Shown: positions 47,030 through 56,629 of the stretch, in pieces
How positions within the stretch are numbered: the stretch's first letter is position 1
Layout of the letters: every line of letters begins with the position of its first letter
Source of the DNA: Plasmodiophora brassicae
Lineage: Eukaryota
Reading direction: 5' to 3'
Assembly (NCBI GenBank): GCA_036867785.1
Contig: CP145412.1
Coordinates: 1,550,001-1,614,000 of the forward strand
Length of the DNA: 64,000 nucleotides
The notes under the pieces: model-generated
Databases searched by the model: none
Told to the model about the DNA's origin: nothing
Seen by the model: the letters and a program-made list of their open reading frames with translations, nothing else
Translations under genes and position numbers: made by a program

Positions 47030-48316
47030 ATGTTCGCCTGGTACCGCCCCTACAACTGCAACGGGGCGATCACGGCGGCGGTTGTCGCCGTCGCATCCAG
47101 CCTGGTCGCAGCCTTCCCGTTCGTCGCGCGCCCGTCCGTGTAGCACAGGACGTCGTGGGCGCTGACCCGCGTGTATACAGGGTGCACAATGTCCTGCTCG
47201 GGACCGGACATACGGCACCCGTCGTCGTGTTCGGCGTGCTCCTGCTCGTCGCGTCAGTGTCGCTGTTCGGCACGATTCTATCCGACCCGGGTATCATTCC
47301 TCGACGGCCACCGTTGCGCCCCGGTACCTGGCAGCACCGTCACACGCGCGCCGTCCCTACCAACCTGGTGGCTGCCGCCTGTAGGCGAGTGCAAACCGAA
47401 CAGGGTGCAGGATGTGCTTGTGGCCGGCCAGCTGACTCGCCTGCGATGGTGCGAGACCTGCTGCATCTTTCGGCCGCCCCGATCCGCGCACTGCTGGATC
47501 GTCGACGCCTGCATCGAGAAGTACGCGTCGCGATGCGCGCGCTCGTCGTGGACATTGCCCCCCTCTGACTGGTTCTGTGTGCAACGTCAGTTACGACCAC
47601 TACTGCCCCTTCCTCGGCAATGCCATCGGCAAGGGCAACTACAGGTTCTACCTCGCCTTCATCGCCTCGACGTCACTGTTAACGGTACGTCGATCCTTCA
47701 AGGGGTTCGCGCTCACCACCACCGCCCGCACCGCCACCTGAATACGCAGCACGTAGCTGTTCTCCATTGCCGTCTGCGTTGTTGACATGGCGCTGGTCGT
47801 TCAGCGAGGCCGACCCAGGTCGCCGACGGGTTCGGAAGTCCATCGCGTTTACGATATCGGCGAGTGCCCTGATTCGGTTTCTGCAGATTCCGCGCCGACC
47901 TGGACAATAATCTTCACGGACGCGCCTGTCACCCTGGCGCTTACCGTCTTCCTGTTCCTCGCCATGTGCTTCGTGGTCGGTCTGACCGTGTTCCACACCT
48001 ACCTGATCGCTCTCGGCATGTCCACCAACGAAAGGGTACGCGTCAGCGCCCCCCACCCTGTTTCTCCATTCGGCCAACTCCAATGGTTCAGCTGCGCGAT
48101 GCATTCCCGGACGGGAACCCGTACTCGAAAGGCGTCCTCCGCAACCTGACCTCGATCTGCTGTGCCTGGCCGCGCAGGGGCCGCCGTCGCCATCGCCGCA
48201 TGGTGCCATCCGAAACAGCCGCTGTCGCCAGTGCCAACGGGAGCAGGCAGTCGGCCGACGACAACGGCGATTCCCTGGTCCTCGAAGTCCGGCACACAAT
48301 ACACGGCCAGGTATGA
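47030..48316 (+). CDS. DHHC-family palmitoyltransferase with DHYC variant motif (multi-exon)
   Basis: SDPGIIPR, WCETCCIFRPPRSAHC, YDHYCPFLGNAIGKGNYRFY, MSTNE, NPYSKG. Confidence 0.9.
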
Positions 48317-48472
48317 TCATTGTCTGGCAGCCGGTTGCTGTCGCCTGGGGGACGGGCCGGGGCATTGCCCTCCGCTCGCGGTACCGCCAGATCTTTGCCC
48401 AGGCGGCCATCGTACCGGTCGGATCGAACGGGAGGGTTGCCGAATCCCACATCGGTGTGTCCTGGGCGAACA

Positions 48473-49171
48473 ATGGCAGATGTGCTCGTGCACGACATTG
48501 ACGTGGGCGTTGGCGACGGGCGGGACAGCATGTACCATCTGTTGGAAGGCGACCCAATCGACGTGCTGACGTCGGGTCCCAAGGCCGTCCTCACCGAGGA
48601 CGTTCCCGTGGTTGTCGCCCTCCTCGCCAGCGTCGTCTTTGTCGCCCTGCAGTGCCGAGCCACTGTCGTCGCAAGCGATTGCGTTGCAACGAGTGGCACC
48701 GACCTGGTCAAGTCGGCCGTCGTCCTGCTCGCGTGGGTCGCTGTGGCGGGCGCCTTGCTGTCGTCCGTCACCTCCGTCGTTCTGTCCATCCTGCGGAACG
48801 CTGTCGCCATGCTGATGGTCGTCCCCGTGCTGGCCGGGTCGGTGGCAACCACCGCCGGCCTTGTCGCCGTCCTCGACCCGTCGTCGTTCGGGAATGCGTC
48901 CGCGTCGTGCCCGTCGGGCTTGGTGGCGACCTGGACGGCCGGGTCTGTTGGCATCGTCGTCACGCAGCTGCTGTCGATCCTGGTCGTCCTGTACCGTCGG
49001 CATCGCCTGCTTCGCGCGCCCTACGACCGATTCGGCCAGCGCCGACGCGACGTCGCCGGCGCGAAACGCGACCTGAAGCGCATGGCGCTCTTCGTCGTCG
49101 GCACCGGGTTCTTCATCGGCATCCCGATCGCTATCGAATCCGCCGTCGTCGCCTTCGTCGCCCTCGCATGA
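48473..49171 (+). CDS. Multi-pass membrane protein, unknown function
   Basis: 232-aa ORF with about five hydrophobic segments. Confidence 0.6.
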   Translation: MADVLVHDIDVGVGDGRDSMYHLLEGDPIDVLTSGPKAVLTEDVPVVVALLASVVFVALQCRATVVASDCVATSGTDLVKSAVVLLAWVAVAGALLSSVTSVVLSILRNAVAMLMVVPVLAGSVATTAGLVAVLDPSSFGNASASCPSGLVATWTAGSVGIVVTQLLSILVVLYRRHRLLRAPYDRFGQRRRDVAGAKRDLKRMALFVVGTGFFIGIPIAIESAVVAFVALA

Positions 49172-49404
49172 CCCTGGCGCGGCGTCGACCCAATGGGGAC
49201 AGGGCTTAACCGCGAGGCGTGTATGATGGAAGAACATACAGAGCAATGGCTATGGGCAGCGCGTCGTGTGTGTCTGTTTGTTGTGTGCGCGTCTCCAGCA
49301 GCAAGGTACACACCAAGGAGGAGCGAGATGAGGGCGCGACATGGAGCCGTTGGGAGATATTTCGCTGGCCGTGTGGGCGAATATCTGTGAAGACGTCGGG
49401 CGGG

Positions 49405-50913
49405 ATGGGGTCGACGTTGTCCTGTTCGCGGTCCAGCGACGTGGTCGTGACGTCGACCTTCGAGTCGATGTACGAGATCGGCGCCGAGCTCGGCAAGGGC
49501 CACTTCGCCGTGGTGCACGCCTGCGTGCACGTCGGGACGGGCGTGAAGTACGCGGTGAAGGTGATCAACAAGCGGCGGGTGACGAACCCGATGTCGATGC
49601 GGGAGGAGGTGACCGTCCTGCGGAAAGTGGGCCGCCATCCGTATTGCATCGAGCTGGTCGACGTGTTCGAGGACGACTCGAACTTCTACCTGGTCATGGA
49701 GCTGTGCACGGGCGGCGACCTGTTCTCCAGGATCGTCGACTATGGCAGCTACTCGGAGATGGACGCCAGCAGGACGCTGTTCCAGCTGGCGACGGCCCTC
49801 GACCACATCCACCAGCAGGGCATCACGCACCGCGACCTGAAACCCGAGAACATCCTGTTGCTGAACAGCACGCCCGACTCCGACCTCAAGGTCGGCGACT
49901 TTGGCCTGTCCAAGATCGTCGAGGGCGGCCCGTCCGTCGTCATGAAGACGATCTGCGGCACGTGGGCCTACTGCGGTTCGTACCAGGAACGCCCCCCGTG
50001 TCCCTGGCCGCTGAATAACGCACGCCTGACACAGCGCCCGAGGTCATCGAGCAGAAGCCGTACACCAGCCTGGTCGACAACTGGACGCTCGGCGTCCTCA
50101 TGTTCATTCTGTAAGTCCGTTCGCTGTCAGCGGGGACACTGTGGCACCTGACGCGCGTCGATGCTGACAGGTTGAGCGGGGTAAGGCGTTGCCCGAGGCA
50201 CCACTGCCTGGCCATGTGCCTGCGCTGACGACCGATTCGTGACAGTACCATCCGTTCGACGATTTCGGCGACCTTCCTGAACCGGAACTGCTTGAGCGGA
50301 TCGTGTCGTGCGATTACAGTTTCAATGACCCGGTCTGGAGCGACATCAGCGAACAACGTCGGGCCACACGTGTGCTGCCAGTGTAACGCCCCCTGACTAT
50401 TTCGGTTTGACATACGCAGCGAAGCAGATGATTCGGGCGCTGTTGAAGATCGTCCCCGAGGAGCGCATGTCGCTGGCCGATTTCCTGGCGTCGCCCTGGA
50501 TCCGGGGCAAGCAGGCGAAGTCGGCGCCGCTGACGAGCACGCTGAACCGGATGCAGTCGTTCAACAGCGGCCGGAAGAGCAAGGTCTGGCGCGTGTGTGT
50601 GGTGGCTCGCCCTCGTAGGGCTCTCACCTGGCCCATGGTGTCACAGGGCGGGTTGATGTCGCAGACGAGCAACCTAGACCTAAGCTATAGCCAGTCGGAG
50701 ACGCGGGACCGCGAGCGTATCGCAACGAACGCCATCCAGCAGCGTATCGTGGAGGCCACCGAGGACGACGACTCGGACGTCGACGCCGGCGCCGCCGCCA
50801 AGGCGAGCGCAGTGACGACGCCAACGACCAGCAAACCGCCCATATCCAACAGCGGCGCCGGCGAGAAGCACACTGTCCAGTTCGCCGCCGTCGTTGAGTC
50901 CATCAAAGATTAA
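49405..50913 (+). CDS. CaMK-group Ser/Thr protein kinase (multi-exon)
   Basis: MGSTLSC start, LGKGHFAVV, AVKVI, HRDLKPEN, DFG, ICGTWAYC-APE. Confidence 0.93.
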
Positions 50914-51006
50914 AACGCTCGCCCAAATGTGTACACCGCCGAAGCGATTATCAAAGGAACGGACATCGTGGTCTGTGTGAACGTGTGTGTGCGTGTGTGT
51001 GTGTGT

Positions 51007-51717
51007 TTAACAGCCGACTTCAGAGCAGGGCTTCCCGTCCTGGACCGTGTCGCTGGCCCAGATCGCCCTGTCGGGGTCGTACGTGACCAGGTTGCCATCG
51101 CTCTGCATGTCGAGGCGGAACGGGTTCCTGCCACCCTGGCTGTATCCCTCGCTCTCCCACAGCGGCAGATTGTCGCGGTCGTACAGGACCAGGTTGCCAT
51201 CGGCCTGCTGCATGAAGTAGCAGGGGCCACGACTGGCCTGCTCGCCCTTGTTCGTCGCCCAGATCGCGACGTCCTGCCCAGCGCGGTACACGACCGCATT
51301 GCAATCCTCCTGCATGATCAGCGTGAAGCGCCCGTCCTTGCTGCGAATGAACTGGTTTGGCGTCAGGCGCTGCCCTTCCTGCAGGGCACTTGGGATCGGT
51401 GCAGGGGTGGGCGCGGGCGTCGGCGCTGGTGTCGGCGCAGCGGTCGGCGCAGGTGTCGGAGCGGGTGTCGGAGCGGGTGTTGGCGCTGGGGAAGGCGCAA
51501 CGGTTGGCGCTGGGGCAGGCGCAACAGTTGACGTCAGCGTCTTCGCCTCGTTGTTCCCCATCGCGTTCGCGCCCGCCGACAGCGGCAGCGATTCAGGGCG
51601 GGCCGTCGACGGAAGCGGCGGGGACAGCGAGGCCAACGGGCAGTCCTGTCCACGAACGGTAGGCGCAGCAGCGGCCAGGGCGAGGACAGCGACAGTGACC
51701 AGGCGCGCGAGCGACAT
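51007..51717 (-). CDS. Secreted bulb-type (GNA/B-type) mannose-binding lectin with Pro/Thr/Ala linker
   Basis: Signal peptide MSLARLVTVAVLALAAAA; (PAPT)n; three QxDxNxVxY motifs (QEDCNAVVY, QADGNLVLY, QSDGNLVTY). Confidence 0.88.
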   Translation of the reverse strand: MSLARLVTVAVLALAAAAPTVRGQDCPLASLSPPLPSTARPESLPLSAGANAMGNNEAKTLTSTVAPAPAPTVAPSPAPTPAPTPAPTPAPTAAPTPAPTPAPTPAPIPSALQEGQRLTPNQFIRSKDGRFTLIMQEDCNAVVYRAGQDVAIWATNKGEQASRGPCYFMQQADGNLVLYDRDNLPLWESEGYSQGGRNPFRLDMQSDGNLVTYDPDRAIWASDTVQDGKPCSEVGC

Positions 51718-52094
51718 GGTTGCCGGAATTGGGGGTACGACGGGTAACGTCGGTGTTTGAGGTTGAACGGCGGATTTCGAATCTGGCTCGCCGTCACAAC
51801 GCCGGAACCTGCCTGTCACGACGAACATGACATCATGGCGTTCCCGTTTCGTCGTGAGTCACTCCCCCGGTCCGGAATGATGACCCATCCGACGGAAGCG
51901 GAGGGACTCGCCGGTCTCGCGAGCGCGCTTCATCGACGGTGCCGGGCTGTCTCGAGAGGTAACCGTGCGTCGCCCCTCCCGGCCCCTCGACGGGTACTTC
52001 TCGACCCTGCCGGTCGGCCAGGCGCGCCATGGCGTGTATTCGGTCGGGTTGACGGCGTGCGCGCGTCGCCGCTTCCGGCACAGGCGCTGGACTG

Positions 52095-55000
52095 ATGACG
52101 TCGCCCGGGAGGCGCGCCCGTGCCACCGCCGCTCAGCTCCAGCGCTTACCACCGCATGCTGCGACCGGGTGGTGGCATCGTGCGACGTGGGCGCGACGTC
52201 GACTCGTCTCGAGCAGGCCTGGTCCGCGCCATCAGGCGCCGTTGTCAGCGTACCAGGCGTTCCTCAGGTCGCCGTCTGTGCCGCTGGCGGTTCGCGCGCT
52301 GAAGCACGACGCCGACCCGCAGGCTGGGTGGGACGTGTTCCAGCACGTCGTGTCGTCGCCGGCGTTGGCGCCGCGCATCCCGTTCTTCCAGACGATGCTG
52401 ATGTTCTGCCGGCACCGCCTGCCCGGCAAGGCGCCCGACGTCCTGCGCGCTGCCCTCGACCGGGGCGTCGCTGTCAACGACACCCTGTTCTGCACGTTCG
52501 TCGGCGCGTGCCGGGCGGCCGACCCGCCCCTATGCCAGGACGTCGTCGACCTGTACGCGCGATGCGGGCCGCGATCGCACAACGTGATCGCCAGCGTCGC
52601 CAACGTCTGCCGCCTGGCCAAGCAACCGGGCCCTGCGCTGGGCCTGCTGCAGGACGCCGTCGATGGCGACGTCGAGTTCGGCGAGGTCCTGACGTCGGTC
52701 CTGTCGGCCTGCTGCGCCGACGCCCGGAGCGCGGCCGGCGCCGACGTTGCCCAGCGTCTCGTCGACCTGGTGCGCTCGGGGCGTATCCCGGCGTACGCCC
52801 ACAACCAGGCGATCTTCGGCAACCTGATCAAGGCGCTGCTGTCGCAGGCGCGGTTCGACGCCGCCGTCGACGTCACGTCCGTCATGGAGGGCGTCGGCGT
52901 GGCCCCGTCGTCGGTGACCTATACGCTCCTGCTGTCGTCGCTGATCAGGGCGGCCCAGCTGTCGTTGGCGATGTCGGTGTTCGAGCGCATGGCGGGTCGT
53001 CGGGTCGCCGTCGGCGTCCCCGTTTTCGCGTCGCTCGTGGCCGCGTGCAAACGCGCCGACGACGCCCGGCGCCACCTCGCCGTGCTCTACGATCACGCGC
53101 TCGCCAACCCGGCCCTGCTGCTGCACGACGACTTCGCCGCGTGCTCGTTGATATCCGCGTTCGACGCCGTTGGCCATCTTGCCACGGCAGAAGCCGTGTT
53201 CGCGCGCCGCTGTGCCGCGTCCGTCCCCGACGCGCCCGTCTTCATGGCCATGATGACCGCGTACGTTCGTCACAGCCGCAGTGGCGGGCGCCCCGCCGGC
53301 GACGTCGTCGGCAAGGCCCTGTCGGTGTTCGCCTCCATGGTCGAACACGGCGTCCCGGTGGACGGGCGCGCGTTCACCGCCCTGGTCTCGGCCTGCCGAG
53401 GGTACTCGCTGCCCGCCGTCCAGCGCCTGCACGACTACGCCACCGGGTCGCCGGCGCTGCTGGACGACGACTTTGTCGTCAGCGCGTTCATATCCGCCTA
53501 TGCCGACTGCGACGCGATTGTCGCCGCCGAACAGACGTTCCAGGCCCGGTGCGCTTCTGGACGTCCCGCCCCTGGCGAATGCGTGTTCAGCGCGATGGTC
53601 GCCGCCTACACGCGCCATGGCATGTTCGACGAGGGCATGCGCGCGTTCGAGGCGTTCCGGGCGTCGTCGTCGTCGTCGTCGCTGTCTGTCGAGGCGCACA
53701 CGACGGCGCTGTCGCTGTTCAGCAAGGCGGGCCGCATCGCCCAGGCCATGTCCGTCTTCGAGACGGCCCTGCGGCAGGGCGTCCGCGTTGACGGGCGCGT
53801 CGTCGCCGAGCTGGTCACCGCCTGCAGACGGGGCTCCTGCCGGGCGTCGCTGGACCAGGTCCACAGGCACGCGTCCGACCGCTCGTACCTCATGCAGGAC
53901 GACCGGGTCGTCAGCGCGCTCATCGCCGCCTACTCCTGTACGGTCGAGTCGCTCGCCGTCGCCGAGGAGGTCTTCGCGCGACGACGAGCCGTCGGCGCGC
54001 CCGGCGTCGTCGTGTTCAATGCGATGATATCGGCCTATGGCGGGCACGGGCGCCTGACGAACGCGACGGCGGTCTTCGACGACCTGAAAGGCGTCGGCGT
54101 GCCACCCAACGACGTGACGCTCTGTAGCCTGCTGTCGGCGTGCAATCAGGTCGGCGCCGTTCGCCTGGCGATGTCGATCGTCGACGAGTTCGAGCGCGCC
54201 TGGCGGATCCCGCCCCGGTCGCTGGAGACATGCACGACGCTGCTGTCGCTGTACTCCAGGGGGGACTGCCTGGCGGAGGCGTTCGCCCTGCTCGACGCCA
54301 TGGTGCAATCGGGGACGCCGATCGAGACGCTGGTCTTCTGCGGCCTGGTCGGCGCCTGCAGGCGCGGCGCCGACGTGGCCGGCCTGGCCCGCCTGCACCG
54401 GTACGCGGCGTCGACCGACCTGCTCGAGCACGACAACGTCGTCGCGTCGTTCATCACGGCGTACGGCGAGTGCCGCCGCGTGCCCGACGCCGAGGCCGTC
54501 TACCGCGACGCTCGCCGCCCGGGCGTTCACGCGACGACGGCCATGATTGGGGCGTACGGCCAGAACGGCCTGCCCGACAAGGCCGAGCGGTTGCTGGACG
54601 ACGTGCAGGCGGACGCGGCACCGCCCGCCTTGGCCTGCGTCGTCGCCGCCTACGGGCGCCTGTCGCTGGCCGCCGATCTGCGACGCCTGCACCGCGTCGC
54701 TGAATCGAAGGCGTTCCTGTCGGACGCGTTCGTCGTCAGCGCGTTGGCGGCCTCGTACGGTCGCTGCGCCGACTGGGCGTCGGTGCGGGCGATGCACGAC
54801 GTCGCCCGTCGCCATGGCCTTATGGGCGACGGCGGCGTCGTCAACGCGCTGATCTCCGCCTATGGGCAATGCGGGGACCCGGGCACCTCCGAGCGCCTGT
54901 TCGTCGCGTGCAGGTCGACCGCCGACCCGTCCGCCCTGTCCACGGTCGTCGCCGCCTACGGGCGCCTGTCCCAGCTGGCCGACCTGCGCCGCCTGCACCA

Positions 55001-56062
55001 GGTCGCCGCCGACGAATCGCTCCTGGCGCACGTCGCCGTCGTCAGCGCGTTCATCTCGTCGTACGCGCAGTGTGGCCAGCTGGCCGAATCCGAGCGCCTG
55101 TTCCGGGACCTGGTGGCGACGCCCGACACGACCACGTTCAACGCGATGATCGCCGCGTACAGCCATCACGCCCGGCTGACGAGCGCCCTGGACACGTACG
55201 AACGCCTCCAGCGGGCCGGCCTGAAGCCGAACGACGTGACGCTCGTGTCGCTGCTGACGGCCTGCAGCCACGTCGGCGACCTGCAGCGGGCGCTGGCGAT
55301 CACGGCCGAGTTCGCGACGGCATGGGGGATCCGGGTCGACGCCCGCCACACGAATTGCCTCGTCGACCTGCACGCCCGCATAGGCAACCTGGACGAAGCG
55401 GAGCGGTTCATCGGCGACGCGTCCGACGTGACGTCCTGGATGACGGTCCTGGGCGCCTGCCGCAAGCACGACGACCTGGCCCGGTCCGAGCGCGTCTTCG
55501 CGACGATCTGTCGCTGCCCGACAGCCCCGATGTCCTGTCGCACCTGCCGGCCGCCTACGTGCTCATGTCGAACGTGTACGCTGCGAACGGGCGCCTGGCG
55601 GACGTGCAGCGTCTACGTTGGGCCATGCGGGCCAGGGGCCTGACCAAGGTCCCCGGGCAGACGTCGCTGCTGCTGCCCGACCGCACCGTCCGCTTCGTGT
55701 GCGACGACGACAGGTACCGGTCGGATGCGGGCCTGCGCGACGCCCATGGTCGCATGCTGGAGGACCTGCGAGCGTCAGGGTACACCCCTGACTTGGGCGT
55801 CGTGACGAGGCGTACGTCGTCGGCCGACGAGGCGCGCGCGTCCGTCTGCCGTCACAGCGAGAAACTGGCGATCGCCTACGCCCTGGCAGCGCTGGCGCCC
55901 GGGGAGCCCATCTACGCGACGAGCAACCTGCGCGTGTGCCCCGACTGCCACGAGGTCACCAAACGCCTGTCGGCCCTGTACGCTCGCGACATTTACATTC
56001 GCGATGCGAACCGTCACCATCACTTCCGGGACGGGCACTGCTCCTGTGGCGACTATTGGTGA
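52095..56062 (+). CDS. Pentatricopeptide-repeat protein with E and DYW cytidine-deaminase domains; frame break near 55510
   Basis: Many PPR motifs (e.g. TTFNAMIAAYSHH, PNDVTLVSLLTACSHVG); E domain SWMTVLGACRKH / AAYVLMSNVYA; PG box, HSEKLA, NLRVCPDCH, HHFRDGHCSCGDYW*; split over two frames (52095-55643, 54869-56062). Confidence 0.92.
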
Positions 56063-56629
56063 ATACGAACGTAATAATATGGTATTCATATCGGACGCGG
56101 GGCGCGACACTGCTGCAACACGTCGACGATGGTAGCTATAGCTAGTTGTCGTTCAGTTTAGGGCACGACTCTGCCTCCTGTGCGCCGACTAGCTGGCGAA
56201 CGATATTGACCCTATCGAACGATCCAGTACCGCATGCATGTGGGGAACATGGGCCGGTGCCCGGGTTCACGGCCATCAATCGAGCTGTGTGGGCGTCCGT
56301 AATTCGTCGCTTCACATCTTACCGGTCGCTCGTAACCGCTGTCCAGATCGTGTTGTGTTTCTGCAGATGGTACACGAGCCGTCGCACGGAAACGACCAGA
56401 CGGCCACCCGTGGATCGTCAGTCCGTCACACAAGGCGACGATAAGTGGGCGGCGTCGGTCGACGGGACCTGCGTCATTTGGTGCTCACCCTACGGTCCGC
56501 AGTCGCAGAGATCGCTGTCTTCTATGACTGGGTGGGGGATCACCACCAACGTACCGTACCTCTGGACTGGCCACACAGCGCACCTGGGAGTGGATGCCAA
56601 AGAGAGGAGCACTTTGGCGCCGGCCAACG

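Noticed and set aside
50975-51006. (GT)n tract between the kinase and lectin 3' ends
   Set aside because: Ordinary short microsatellite
52530-55469. 979-aa antisense ORF (and similar long shadow ORFs elsewhere)
   Set aside because: Shadow of the GC-rich PPR gene on the opposite strand; no domain signature
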